From Anaerolineae bacterium (GTDB lineage: Bacteria > Chloroflexota > Anaerolineae > Anaerolineales > E44-bin32), in NCBI GenBank assembly GCA_011174825.1, contig DUEZ01000078.1, positions 27,947 through 91,946 on the forward strand: DNA of 64,000 nucleotides. The letters run 5' to 3'. Position numbers and translations under genes: made by a program. Below, in pieces: positions 48,667 to 58,734 of this stretch (within the stretch, counting starts at the first letter, position 1; every line of letters starts with the position of its first letter). The notes beneath the pieces were generated by a model that worked only from the letters and a program-made list of their open reading frames with translations, had not been told where the DNA came from and did not search any database.

Positions 48667-49455
48667 ATGGGAATAATCTCTCCCGAAGCGGTGCGATTGG
48701 AAATAGGTGGCGGGGTGGTAGAGGAGACCCCATCAGGGTCAACAAAATTTTTCATCCCTCCCACACCGTCGGGTTACGCGAACGCTCAAATAGATGATTA
48801 CCGGAGGCTAGCCCGTGGGAAATTCCCCTGGCGACCCCCTCTGTGTCTTTCTCTAAAGGCGCGCGCGTCTCATGTCCGCCCCCTCGGAACGCTTGGATTT
48901 GGATTCTGGAACGACCCTTTCTCATTCTCCTTCGGTCAGGGAGGAGCAACAAGAAAGTTGCCGACTGCACCTAAAGCTCTCTGGTTTTTCTATGGCTCGT
49001 ATCCGAACAATCTGCCGCTCGCTTCGAATGTGCCCGGATACGGTTGGAAAGCTGCAAGTCTAGACTCCATTGACCTACCCACGCTTTTCCTAGCCCCTCT
49101 GGCAGCATGCGCATTCATCCTTAGCAAGGTTCCCATCCTTCGAGGATGGATTATGCGAAAAGCTTTACAGCAGATCGTCGCTTACGAAAGTCTCCTCACC
49201 CCCCTGCTAAACGAATGGCATTCATACTCATTAACTTGGCTCTCAGAGGGAGCCACCTTTGAGGTTGATGGAGAGATCGTTCTCCATGCGCCTGAAGTGC
49301 CCTCCGCTCCTTTAGGATTTGTCGCCTGGATAGATAATCAATACGCCGTAGCTACCCCAGAGGATGGGTTCCACTTCGGTGTTGTGCCATTGAAGGAACC
49401 ACAATGGCTTGAAATTAGTGACCTGCAATTGAAGACGCTACCGAGTGTTGCATGA
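48667..49455 (+). CDS. Hypothetical protein, possibly ConA/GH16-like beta-sandwich
   Basis: NAQIDDY, GFGFWNDPF, WHSYSLTW...F.VDG and WIDNQY. Confidence 0.65.
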   Translation: MGIISPEAVRLEIGGGVVEETPSGSTKFFIPPTPSGYANAQIDDYRRLARGKFPWRPPLCLSLKARASHVRPLGTLGFGFWNDPFSFSFGQGGATRKLPTAPKALWFFYGSYPNNLPLASNVPGYGWKAASLDSIDLPTLFLAPLAACAFILSKVPILRGWIMRKALQQIVAYESLLTPLLNEWHSYSLTWLSEGATFEVDGEIVLHAPEVPSAPLGFVAWIDNQYAVATPEDGFHFGVVPLKEPQWLEISDLQLKTLPSVA

Positions 49456-49611
49456 CTTCGAAAATAAGAGTAACCTCGAGAACTTGTAGGGGAAATCTAA
49501 ACCCCTTCATTGCGTCCAAAAACCGCTCGGATCAGCAAAGATGATGATTCAGACAATTCTTCCCATGATCCATCTTAAAAGCGGACACTCCCTCATTCCG
49601 CGATTTGGTAC

Positions 49612-50928
49612 TTGTTGATGAGAACCGGCAGACTGACTCATATCTTCATCTTTTTGTTCGGTTTGCTCTTCATCGGCGCTCTTGTGGTTGTTGGGGCCAT
49701 CTATTATTCGTCATTAACAGCGGAGACTCCAATTCCCATACCCACAGTGGAGGTCATCTTTACTCCCACTTCGGAGAAAAGAGCCACCGTTGCATTACCT
49801 CCTAAATGGACAGAGACGCCATCTCCTATACCAACAGAAACACCCACCGTATGGTCAGAAACGGAGTCAGCTGATCTCAATTCTTCGGAGGCTTTAGCAA
49901 AGAAACAGGCAATCGGAGAGCTGCTTGGGCCCTATTTGCAGAACGTCACCACGGATTCCGTCACCATCGCATGGAGGACCGCAGGTGCAAGTCAAGGTGA
50001 AATCGTCTATGGAGGTACGAGTGAATACAACCTATCTGTCGTGGATGACATGATTGGGAAACAGCATCACGTGATACTCTCCGATCTACATCCAGATACA
50101 CATTACCATTACCGACTCATCAGTGGTGATGTGCCGCTGACCGAAGACCTGACATTCCATACGGCGCCCGGTCCTGAGAAGAAATCACTCTCCTTTGTCG
50201 TATACGGAGACACCCAAAAACGTCCTGAGATACATGATGCGATCATCGATCAAGCGCGCTCACTCACGCCCGATTTGGTGCTTCATGTCGGCGACCTGGT
50301 GAACAAGGGACGAGATGAGGCACAGTGGGACGAGTTCTTTTGGATCACAAAAGAACTCCTCGCGTATGTGCCTCTTTTCCCAACCCTCGGGAACCATGAG
50401 CTGCAAAGCGAGGATTACTTCGAACGTTTCTTCCTACCCGGCAATGAGCGCTGGTATAGCTTTTCCTATGGACCGGCATTCTTTATTTGTTTAGAAATCG
50501 ATGGATTCACGAAACTTGATGATGTTAGCGAACAATATCAGTGGTTGCAACAAACCCTGGCTAAGAATACACAGCCCTGGTTGTTTGTTTTTTTCCACAA
50601 ACCTCCCTACTCAGCTGAATACGAAGGGCAGAGCGAAGCCTATATCCGCGCTAGATTAACCCCTCTGTTTGAAGAGCATGGTGTACAACTTGTGTTTTCT
50701 GGGCACAATCATAATTACCAACGCAGTCATGTGAACGGCATAACATACATCGTCACTGGCGGAGGTGGAGGGGATCTTTCTGATCGAATTAAACAAGATG
50801 AACACCTTCTAAGGTATTTTGTGGGCTTTCATTTCGTTCTTATCGACATTGAGGGGGATAAATTGAACGCCCTTGCCTTGACACCGGAAGGTGCGATTAT
50901 CGATCGTTTCGAGTTATACCTGCCGTGA
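49612..50928 (+). CDS. Membrane-anchored purple acid phosphatase-like metallophosphoesterase with Fn3-like domain
   Basis: GPYLQ, YGD, GDLV, GNHE, H.PPY and GHNHNY motifs. Confidence 0.9.
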   Translation: MLMRTGRLTHIFIFLFGLLFIGALVVVGAIYYSSLTAETPIPIPTVEVIFTPTSEKRATVALPPKWTETPSPIPTETPTVWSETESADLNSSEALAKKQAIGELLGPYLQNVTTDSVTIAWRTAGASQGEIVYGGTSEYNLSVVDDMIGKQHHVILSDLHPDTHYHYRLISGDVPLTEDLTFHTAPGPEKKSLSFVVYGDTQKRPEIHDAIIDQARSLTPDLVLHVGDLVNKGRDEAQWDEFFWITKELLAYVPLFPTLGNHELQSEDYFERFFLPGNERWYSFSYGPAFFICLEIDGFTKLDDVSEQYQWLQQTLAKNTQPWLFVFFHKPPYSAEYEGQSEAYIRARLTPLFEEHGVQLVFSGHNHNYQRSHVNGITYIVTGGGGGDLSDRIKQDEHLLRYFVGFHFVLIDIEGDKLNALALTPEGAIIDRFELYLP

Positions 50929-51009
50929 ATGGATGTGTAATATAATCCTTCATTCGTAAATACGCTTCGGTGTGGTGGGAGACCAGGCACACCCGTCATA
51001 ATATCAGTC

Positions 51010-51035
51010 CCGACTTCGCAAGAGGTCGGCTTTTT
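51010..51035 (+). terminator. Intrinsic terminator with GCAA tetraloop
   Basis: CCGACTTC-GCAA-GAGGTCGG followed by CTTTTT. Confidence 0.8.
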
Positions 51036-51211
51036 ATTGTATTGGAATGAGAATGTAGAAGGAGAAACCGAAACGTGGAAAAGCGATCTAGAAGAAGGGT
51101 TCAATTGATGGTATAAGGTAAGCGTGGGCATCACAATCTTTCCCGAGCCCTTTTCGATTGCAGGAGATACGGCATTTCGTCGGCTTGAAATCTCAGAATA
51201 GAGAAAACAAG

Positions 51212-52105
51212 ATGACATCGAGAAAGCAAGAAGAAGCGCTTGACTACTTCACAACCCATGCGAAAGAATGGGCAAAAAAGGCGATTTCTTCAGACCGGGG
51301 CAAAGTGAATGTCATTCAGCAACGAAATCAATATGTTCTAAAGGTCTTCGAGGATCGTTCTGAAACCAGATCTGTGCTCGATGTTGGCAGTGGCACCGGT
51401 GATTTGGTGTGTGAGATTGCGAAACAAGGTGTCAGCGCTCTCGGTGTAGATTTTGCGCGGGAGATGATCGATATCGCTTTACAGAAAAAACAAGAAATGC
51501 AACTTGAAATGGCACATTTTGAATGTTGCTCCATATTTGATTGTAATTTCACAGAAAGAGAATTCGATCTTATCTCTGCCAATGGATTTATCGAGTACCT
51601 CTCCCAAGATGAAATGAGTGATTTTTTCGATCTTGTCCAAAAGATTCTCGCTCCCCGAGGCTCCTTCGTCGTCAGCTCGCGCAATCGTCTTTTTAATATC
51701 ACCTCCATGAGCCCGTTTACCAAGGATGAGCTTAAGGGCAAGGATGTGGAAGCATTGATCAATGAGGCCGCAGCGTTAGCTTCAAATGTAGATATTGCCG
51801 AATTACTGGCAATAATTCCTGCTTCGTTGCAAGAGCCCGATATCAAACTCGCAAGAACAGGGGTCGATGTAGAATCTCGCTTTCAATTCACGCCTGTTCA
51901 ATTGATGCAAATGCTAAATACTAGAGACCTCAACCCAGTTGAACTCTACCCCATCCATATACACGGCGTACCACCTACATTTAAGGGCAAACATCCGGAG
52001 GTTCATGCCTCCATCTCAAACCTATTGCAGACCCATGCGGAACAGAACACGGAATTCATACCCTTCTCTTCCACCTTCATGCTTCATGTCCAGAAAGGTG
52101 ATTGA
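51212..52105 (+). CDS. Class I SAM-dependent methyltransferase
   Basis: VLDVGSGTG, GVD, FDLI and LAPRG motifs. Confidence 0.88.
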   Translation: MTSRKQEEALDYFTTHAKEWAKKAISSDRGKVNVIQQRNQYVLKVFEDRSETRSVLDVGSGTGDLVCEIAKQGVSALGVDFAREMIDIALQKKQEMQLEMAHFECCSIFDCNFTEREFDLISANGFIEYLSQDEMSDFFDLVQKILAPRGSFVVSSRNRLFNITSMSPFTKDELKGKDVEALINEAAALASNVDIAELLAIIPASLQEPDIKLARTGVDVESRFQFTPVQLMQMLNTRDLNPVELYPIHIHGVPPTFKGKHPEVHASISNLLQTHAEQNTEFIPFSSTFMLHVQKGD

Positions 52106-52198
52106 CGAGATTAGAACTCAATGCGAGATATCGGTGAGGTATTTAACTGATGGGTGAAAGATAGGCATAAAAAGCTGCTACAAGATCGGTTTCTTAAC

Positions 52199-52321
52199 AG
52201 TACAGTCATCCTTCGACAGGCTCAGGATGACTGTACTCTTGGTTTCAATCCACATATTACGCTGATGCGCAGACGAAAGCCTGCGACTACATAAATCGGG
52301 GCGGGGTCACCCCGCCCCTAC
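52199..52321. repeat. Mixed REP cluster
   Basis: AGTACAGTCATCCTTCGACAGGCTCAGGATGACTGTACT hairpin, CGCAGACGAAAGCCTGCGACTAC and GGGGCGGGGTCACCCCGCCCCTAC. Confidence 0.85.
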
Positions 52322-52636
52322 TCTCTTTTTGGAAATCTACGACATTCGATTGGCGGCTACGATGCATTTACCGATGAGTATGGTGAATTTCTCAACGGGG
52401 ACGGGGCAGTTGTGGAGAAACTCGCTTCAGAATATTCCGGAAAGCTTTGTTTCGTTTGAGTGTACAGCTCAGACTTAGCTCTAATTTCTCAGGTTGAGGG
52501 TACTTTGGGTTGATTGAATTCACATTCCTCGAAATATAGACTCAAGTTGCTCAATATTCTTGGCATTTCGAGGGACAGAGATGCCGGGATTGTACAGAAC
52601 GAATTCCAATCAGATGTTATTTGGAAGGGCACAAGA

Positions 52637-53035
52637 ATGAAGAAAGTCGTGTTATTTGTAGGTTTAATAATACTTACTTGTGCCCTGGTACCTATCGGTA
52701 GCGCACTACTCGTGACGAATCCATTAGCAAATGTGGCTGAAGATTATTTTCTCCTCATATCACAAGACAAAGTAAGCGAAGCATATCAATTGACATCCAG
52801 AGATGTTCAAGCTGAGGTCAGTTTACTAGATTTTAGAGAAATGTGTCGAGAATCCCCTTTGGAGGAGTACGTGGATGTTTCGTGGGATTATCGTGGGATA
52901 GAAGGGAAATGGGGCGAACTGCAAGGCATGTTGGAAACAGGTGATGCCAGTTATCCAGAGGTATTTGTATTCGTAAATGTAGAACTGGTGCAAGAAAATG
53001 GGAAATGGAAGATCTATTCTGTTGATTTATGGTGA
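52637..53035 (+). CDS. Small secreted or membrane-anchored protein, NTF2-like fold likely
   Basis: MKK plus hydrophobic segment, AY.L.S and ELVQENGKWKI C-terminus. Confidence 0.7.
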   Translation: MKKVVLFVGLIILTCALVPIGSALLVTNPLANVAEDYFLLISQDKVSEAYQLTSRDVQAEVSLLDFREMCRESPLEEYVDVSWDYRGIEGKWGELQGMLETGDASYPEVFVFVNVELVQENGKWKIYSVDLW

Positions 53036-53183
53036 GATCTACAAGGTCGAATTGTTTCGTCGTCCTGAAGAAATAGATGAATTGATTCCAATAAGATGTA
53101 GGCCCAGCTTGTAATTTTTCCATTCGCTATTCATAAACTCCTAAATTAACAACAGTTCATACCCCACACCTCCCCCATCTTTC

Positions 53184-53212
53184 TTGACGCCATCCAGCGC
53201 CACGAGTACAAT
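53184..53212 (+). promoter_or_regulatory. tRNA-Phe promoter
   Basis: TTGACG-N17-TACAAT. Confidence 0.85.
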
Positions 53213-53224
53213 CCACCGCAGCGA

Positions 53225-53297
53225 GCCGAGATAGCTCAGTTGGTAGAGCACTTGACTGAAAATCAAGGTGTCGCCAGTTCGATTCTGGCTCTCGGCA
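53225..53297 (+). tRNA. tRNA-Phe(GAA)
   Basis: Acceptor GCCGAGA/TCTCGGC, anticodon arm CTTGA-CTGAAAA-TCAAG, TTCGA T loop. Confidence 0.96.
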
Positions 53298-53309
53298 TAG
53301 CTAAAGGGT

Positions 53310-53340
53310 AAACCACCCCTGTCCATGGGGTGGTTTTCTT
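53310..53340. terminator. Bidirectional terminator
   Basis: AAACCACCCC-N7-GGGGTGGTTTT between tRNA-Phe and the methyltransferase gene. Confidence 0.8.
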
Positions 53341-53363
53341 GTTTCATTAAGATATTACCCCGA

Positions 53364-54476
53364 TTAACCTGAGGAGTTCTTTGATGCCCGAAACGCCTGT
53401 CTTAATTGATCGATCGGGCGCAGATCTCCTTCTTCTGCCTCGTAGTACCAATGAAGCCAACCGTTGCACGGGCTGCCCTTCATGAGATGCTTTCCCGCCT
53501 GATGGATCGATCCCTCAAAACCATCCAAGATCAGGTTGCCATCCGGTCTGACGCGCGCAGATTGAGACGGATCGCCTTTGAAATACAGGGTTTGACCTGG
53601 TTGGATGAAGCCGTTTTCTACCAAGGTGCTAAAGGGGACACGAGGCTCTCGTCTTCGTCGATCACCCACATCGAAAAGCGTATCGTCATAAGGCTCAACT
53701 TGGAGAGAGTCGATCCGCGTCTGGGCAATTTCCACGTAGTCTTTATTCTGCTCGATACCTATCCAATTGCGGTGTAGCCGCTTTGCCACCGCGCCTGTGG
53801 TGCCGGTGCCAAAAAATGGATCGAGCACGACATCGCCTGGATCACTCGAGGCAAGGATCACGCGGTAAAGGAGCGCTTCAGGCTTTTGAGTCGAGTGCGC
53901 TTTACGCCCCTCAATCTTGATCCGTTCATCACCTGCGCAAATCGGTATCAACCAATCACTGCGCATTTGCTTGCCATCATTGAGCGCCTTCATGGCGTGG
54001 TGATTGAATGTATATTTGGCGCCCTTCGATTTACTTGCCCAGATTATCGTCTCGTGTGCGTTGGTGAACCGCACACCACGGAAATTAGGCATCGGATTGG
54101 TTTTAATCCAGAGCACGTCGTTGAGAATCCAATAGTCCAGATCCTGCATGATCGTTCCGAGCCGGAAGATGTTGTGGTAACTCCCGATCACCCAAAGCGT
54201 ACCGTCGTCCTTGAGAACCCGCCGACTCTCACTCAACCAAGCGTGGCTGAATTGATCGTACTCTTCGAAGCTACCAAACCGATCCCATGCGTCATCGACG
54301 GCGTCTACTTTGGTCATATTCGGTCGCCAAAGTTCCTGCTTGAGTTGAAGATTGTACGGTGGATCGGCAAAGATCAGGTTGACACTCTTCTCAGGCAAGG
54401 TCTTCAGGATCTCGACGCAATCACCTTGAAGGATGTTATTAATAGGAAGCTCAAGCTTCTCGTCGTTATGCTGCAT
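53364..54476 (-). CDS. Orphan beta-class DNA adenine methyltransferase, CcrM/M.HinfI-like
   Basis: [55 protein letters not shown] and a C-terminal GSIHQ..CNGW..W domain. Confidence 0.92.
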   Translation of the reverse strand: MQHNDEKLELPINNILQGDCVEILKTLPEKSVNLIFADPPYNLQLKQELWRPNMTKVDAVDDAWDRFGSFEEYDQFSHAWLSESRRVLKDDGTLWVIGSYHNIFRLGTIMQDLDYWILNDVLWIKTNPMPNFRGVRFTNAHETIIWASKSKGAKYTFNHHAMKALNDGKQMRSDWLIPICAGDERIKIEGRKAHSTQKPEALLYRVILASSDPGDVVLDPFFGTGTTGAVAKRLHRNWIGIEQNKDYVEIAQTRIDSLQVEPYDDTLFDVGDRRRREPRVPFSTLVENGFIQPGQTLYFKGDPSQSARVRPDGNLILDGFEGSIHQAGKHLMKGSPCNGWLHWYYEAEEGDLRPIDQLRQAFRASKNSSG

Positions 54477-54544
54477 TTTCAAACCCGTTCAAGCCCCTCA
54501 AGGCATCCAGTCTACACGCTTCACGACCGATCAGCAACCGATTC

Positions 54545-54573
54545 TTGACATTATCCTTTGATCACGGTATGCT
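54545..54573 (+). promoter_or_regulatory. tRNA-Gly/Cys promoter
   Basis: TTGACA-N17-TATGCT. Confidence 0.8.
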
Positions 54574-54586
54574 TCGGTCGCTAAAA

Positions 54587-54658
54587 GCGGGTGTAGTTCA
54601 GTGGTAGAACGTCTGCTTGCCAAGCAGAAAGTCGTGGGTTCGAATCCCATCGCCCGCT
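54587..54658 (+). tRNA. tRNA-Gly(GCC)
   Basis: Acceptor GCGGGTG/CGCCCGC, anticodon arm TCTGC-TTGCCAA-GCAGA. Confidence 0.96.
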
Positions 54659-54726
54659 CAGATCACGATCGCCTATCGCTTATCGGAACCAACGGTAGGC
54701 GGCAGGCGATTGATGGTCTAACCCTT

Positions 54727-54798
<72 letters not shown>

Positions 54799-55024
54799 CT
54801 TCATTACTAATTCATAAAGAAAAGCGACTTGGGCACGCTTGTGAGCAGAAACTCAGTCGCTTTTTCGCTTAAACCACATGAATCAATCGGCTATCATTGT
54901 CCAATATCAATCTCTACCTTTTTCCTTCATAATATTCCGATAATCACGCTGCTCTTGTGTTACGGATCAAGAACAGCAACCCGTGGAGTTCACCCTCCAA
55001 CCTTCCCGGGATCGTCCAAAGGAT

Positions 55025-56173
55025 TTACGGTATTTCACTCCCGCCTAATGTCACTTCGACATCGAACCGATCTCCATTTCTTACCACCCCCAGGACGACT
55101 TGATCTCCGGGTTGATGTTTAATGAGTTGGTTGATATAGGGATGCTCAGGGTCAAACGCTTGATCATCCATTGAGATCAGAATGTCACCACGACGGAGCC
55201 CACTCTGATCCGCTGGTCCCTCAGGGGTCACCTCGGAAAGGTAAACGCCGTATTCAACAGGGAGTCGATAACGACTGGCAATCCCCGGGGTGATCCACTG
55301 CCATCGCACACCCAGGAAAGGTCGTGACACAAAACCCTTTTCGATGAGTTGATCAGCTACCGCCTGAGCCGAATTACTAGGAATTGCAAATCCCAACCCC
55401 TCAGCGATCGCTCCCCCGGCCTCACTCCCACGGACGATTAACGTGTTGATCCCGATCATTTGACCAGCAAGGTTTACCAGCGGACCTCCAGAATTTCCTG
55501 TATTGATCGCTGCGTCGGTCTGGATCAGATCTTCCATGAGAAACCCGCTGCTGGTCTCGATCGACCGTCCTATGGCGCTGATCACCCCAACGGTAACCGT
55601 ATTCATAAAACTGCCGAGCGGAGACCCAATAGCGATCACAGTTTCGCCTGAGTCCAAGACGTTCGAGTTTCCCCATGTGATGACTTCTGGCATCTCACCC
55701 TCGGCTTGAATAACTGCAAGATCTGCATAAGGGTCGACCCCAACAAGATCAGCTGGGAGGATGGTGCCATCTGCCAGGATGACCTCCAACCGTTCTGCCC
55801 CCTCCACCACATGATTGTTGGTCACGATATGTCCATCAAACGAAATGATCGCACCGGAGCCTGAGCTGGATCTCTCGATAACACCACCGAAGAAAGTAAC
55901 CCGCGGACTTAAATGACTGATCACTGTGACCACCGCTGGTTCGACACGTGCCACAACTTCCGTAATGGCCGTGGTGATTTCCAACGAAATGGAACTTGGC
56001 TCAAGAGCCTCTTGTGTGGGACTACTGATGGGTTGGGTTGGCGAGGCGCTTCGTTGGGCTGAATAAACAATGGTCCCACCAACTACCCCTCCAATCACGC
56101 CAGATATGAGCATGACCAAGATCAATGTCAGGACATACCTGTTCCATCGTACCGAGGATAAACTCTCTTTCAT
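55025..56173 (-). CDS. htrA: HtrA/DegP family serine protease with one PDZ domain
   Basis: TM anchor, TNNHVV, DLAV, QTDAAINTGNSGGPL and a PDZ domain; AAGGAGG RBS. Confidence 0.93.
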   Translation of the reverse strand: MKESLSSVRWNRYVLTLILVMLISGVIGGVVGGTIVYSAQRSASPTQPISSPTQEALEPSSISLEITTAITEVVARVEPAVVTVISHLSPRVTFFGGVIERSSSGSGAIISFDGHIVTNNHVVEGAERLEVILADGTILPADLVGVDPYADLAVIQAEGEMPEVITWGNSNVLDSGETVIAIGSPLGSFMNTVTVGVISAIGRSIETSSGFLMEDLIQTDAAINTGNSGGPLVNLAGQMIGINTLIVRGSEAGGAIAEGLGFAIPSNSAQAVADQLIEKGFVSRPFLGVRWQWITPGIASRYRLPVEYGVYLSEVTPEGPADQSGLRRGDILISMDDQAFDPEHPYINQLIKHQPGDQVVLGVVRNGDRFDVEVTLGGSEIP

Positions 56174-56296
56174 GCCGCTCCCCTCCTTAATAAAACGAAT
56201 ACTCAATCAATCCTTTCCACCTTGTCGATAGAACAACATAAAAGGAGCCAGGAGCCTCGTTCTCTTACCGGCTCCTGGTCTCGTTGATTTAGGCTC

Positions 56297-56743
56297 TTAT
56301 TTGGCTTTTATGGTGATCGTCTTTGGCTTGACAACCTCAACCTTCGGTAACGTAAGCGTAAGGATGCCGTTTTCGAACTCGGCTTTTGCTTCATCAGCGT
56401 TCACCGACGCGGGGAGTAAAATCGATCGGGAGAAACTTCCCATTCTGCGTTCACGTATATGGTATCGAAGACCTTCTTCCTCTCGTTCTTCCTGGGTCTC
56501 ACCCCGGATATTCAAGGTGTCGCCTGTGATTGAGATGTGAATATCCTCGGGTTTCATCCCCGGTGTGGTTGCCATAACGATCACATCGTCATCCGTCTGA
56601 TAGACATCAATCGGAACGCCCCATTCTTCGGCGAAATCGCCAAAAAATGGCGCGTCAAAGAAAGTCCTGTCCATCATCCGATCGAGCATATTACGCATTC
56701 TGCGTATCTCGCTTCGGGGCCCCCAACGTGTTATTTCGTCCAT
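56297..56743 (-). CDS. Hsp20/alpha-crystallin small heat-shock protein
   Basis: PG...EDI, ERRMGSFSR and AEFENGILTLTLPK motifs. Confidence 0.95.
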   Translation of the reverse strand: MDEITRWGPRSEIRRMRNMLDRMMDRTFFDAPFFGDFAEEWGVPIDVYQTDDDVIVMATTPGMKPEDIHISITGDTLNIRGETQEEREEEGLRYHIRERRMGSFSRSILLPASVNADEAKAEFENGILTLTLPKVEVVKPKTITIKAK

Positions 56744-57005
56744 CTCCCAACCTCCGATGTAGATTCTGGGTCCTAACTTGTTCTGGAATTGATCATACCT
56801 GATTTGCATTAGACGTTCATCAGAACAACCTTTATTTCATGGAGCGTTCGACTGTGCGCTTGCTCGGAGGAGGAAATACCATCGGATGCTCATTCACAAC
56901 CCAAAGAACACCGCTTCAGGCTTTAGCTAATGCTTTACTGAAAACAAAAGATGTTAATAACGAGGGTGCTTCCTTGTAACTCCCCCAGAATCGATTTATT
57001 TATGA

Positions 57006-57048
57006 TGACAGGCAGTGAGAACCTATAAAGGTTCTTCCCTGCCTGTCA
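57006..57048. terminator. Long hairpin downstream of xth
   Basis: TGACAGGCAG..AGAACCT-ATAA-AGGTTCT..CTGCCTGTCA. Confidence 0.55.
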
Positions 57049-57118
57049 CGTACACTGATATTTTACGATTTATATGAAATCTTGATTCGACAAATAGCGT
57101 GGAGCAACTCCCAATAGA

Positions 57119-57892
57119 TTATCCATCAGCAAGCGTAAGGCTCACCGGGCAATGGTCCGAGCCCAGAACATCGGGGTGAATATCTGCCGCTGTAACACGG
57201 TCCTGCAGACCGGGTGAGATAAAGAAATAATCAATACGCCATCCCACATTCCGATCTCGTGCCCCTCCCCAATAGGCCCACCAACTGTAAGCGTCCTTTT
57301 GATCAGGATGTAAGAACCTGTAAGTGTCGATGTAACCCTCCTCAACAACCTGATCAATCCAAGCACGCTCAATGGGAAGGAATCCGGTCGAATTCATATT
57401 GTCCTTGGGTCGGGCAAGATCAATTTCCCGATGCGCCGTGTTCACATCACCACAGAATACAACGGGCCTCCCCGAACTCCGGTACTGATTGCAGCGTTCC
57501 AAGAAGGCTTCTTTATAGGCCATCTTGAAGGGTACCCGGCTGTGGTCTCGTGCTCCATTGGGGAAGTATGCCGTTAGAAGGATAAACTCCCCATAATCCG
57601 CAATGATCGTACGACCTTCTCGATCATACTCTTCAATTCCCAAACCGATCTCAACAGATACCGGTTCCACCCTTGAATACAGCGCCACACCGCTATATCC
57701 CTTACGTTCGGCAAAAGCCCAGTAGGTATGATAATCCGAAGGATCCTTCAATTCATCATCTAACTGGCTGGGGTTTGCTTTGGTTTCTTGTACACAGAGG
57801 ATATCGGGGCGAGATGCCCTCAACCACTTAAGAAAGCCCTTCCTCTGAGCTGCCCTTATGCCGTTCACATTCCATGAAAGAAGATTTAGCAT
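57119..57892 (-). CDS. xth: Exodeoxyribonuclease III
   Basis: SWNVNGIRA, QETK, GYSGVA, GDVN, GWRIDY and SDHCP motifs. Confidence 0.97.
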   Translation of the reverse strand: MLNLLSWNVNGIRAAQRKGFLKWLRASRPDILCVQETKANPSQLDDELKDPSDYHTYWAFAERKGYSGVALYSRVEPVSVEIGLGIEEYDREGRTIIADYGEFILLTAYFPNGARDHSRVPFKMAYKEAFLERCNQYRSSGRPVVFCGDVNTAHREIDLARPKDNMNSTGFLPIERAWIDQVVEEGYIDTYRFLHPDQKDAYSWWAYWGGARDRNVGWRIDYFFISPGLQDRVTAADIHPDVLGSDHCPVSLTLADG

Positions 57893-57899
57893 GATCAGA

Positions 57900-58520
57900 T
57901 TAACCTTCGCGTGTAGTTTCTCGATCCCTGAAGGGAATTTCAAGGCTCTCGTCTCGGATTTCACATTGTAGAACCTCATATCGCTTAAGTTGTTCAATCT
58001 GAGGTGGCATGATACGGATGATTGGCCTTGTCTTTTTAATCAACGCAATTGCTTCCTCGAGTGCCATGCCCTGATGTATGAAGTAAGCAGCGGCCATCGT
58101 AGGAGCACGACCAATCCCGCCCGCGCAATGAATATAGACCTTCCCCCCATCCGAGAGAAGTTTATCTATAAACTCAACCCCCCGCTCCAACTGATTCAGG
58201 GTCGGCGCTTGATCATCAACCGTGGGCAGATGGCAATAATGATTGAAGGTTAATCCGTGAAGTGCATCATCATGTTCTGTGCGCATATTGATGCTTCCGG
58301 TTATCCCCCATCGCTCGAGTGCTTGTTTCCCAGATTTACGATACTGTGGTCCGACGTAGAGCACGGGTGTAATCTGACAATACCGTTGAAAGGGAATACC
58401 CCTGATGAAATCTATACCTCGGACATATAGCCAAAGCAATGTTGTGGCAAGGCCTTGATTCCGCAATCGATATGCGATAATTTCCAGCCCCATTTGGGGA
58501 TATTGAAAGAGCTTCCGCAT
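57900..58520 (-). CDS. Dual-specificity (CX5R) protein phosphatase family protein
   Basis: VYIHCAGGIGR; GGAGGAG RBS before MRKLFQ. Confidence 0.9.
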   Translation of the reverse strand: MRKLFQYPQMGLEIIAYRLRNQGLATTLLWLYVRGIDFIRGIPFQRYCQITPVLYVGPQYRKSGKQALERWGITGSINMRTEHDDALHGLTFNHYCHLPTVDDQAPTLNQLERGVEFIDKLLSDGGKVYIHCAGGIGRAPTMAAAYFIHQGMALEEAIALIKKTRPIIRIMPPQIEQLKRYEVLQCEIRDESLEIPFRDRETTREG

Positions 58521-58734
58521 TGTTCTCCTCCAAGCCAAAGAGCATACCATAGTTATCCACTCAACACAGAGTTCTACACTATGGCATTTTGATGAGACTG
58601 ATTTCCCATGAGTTTCATACTCAAAGAAAAAGAGAGATCCATCCATATGTGCTGATCGCATTCAGAGGATTTTTACAGCTACTTCAGCACTTTAATCCCC
58701 AGATATTAGGCCTGATATATACTTGATCAGCAGT

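Noticed and set aside
53886-54548. Long antisense ORFs (this 220-aa one, 30315..30887, 16484..17020, 8961..9452 and others)
   Set aside because: They are shadows of well-supported genes on the opposite strand and carry no recognisable motifs.
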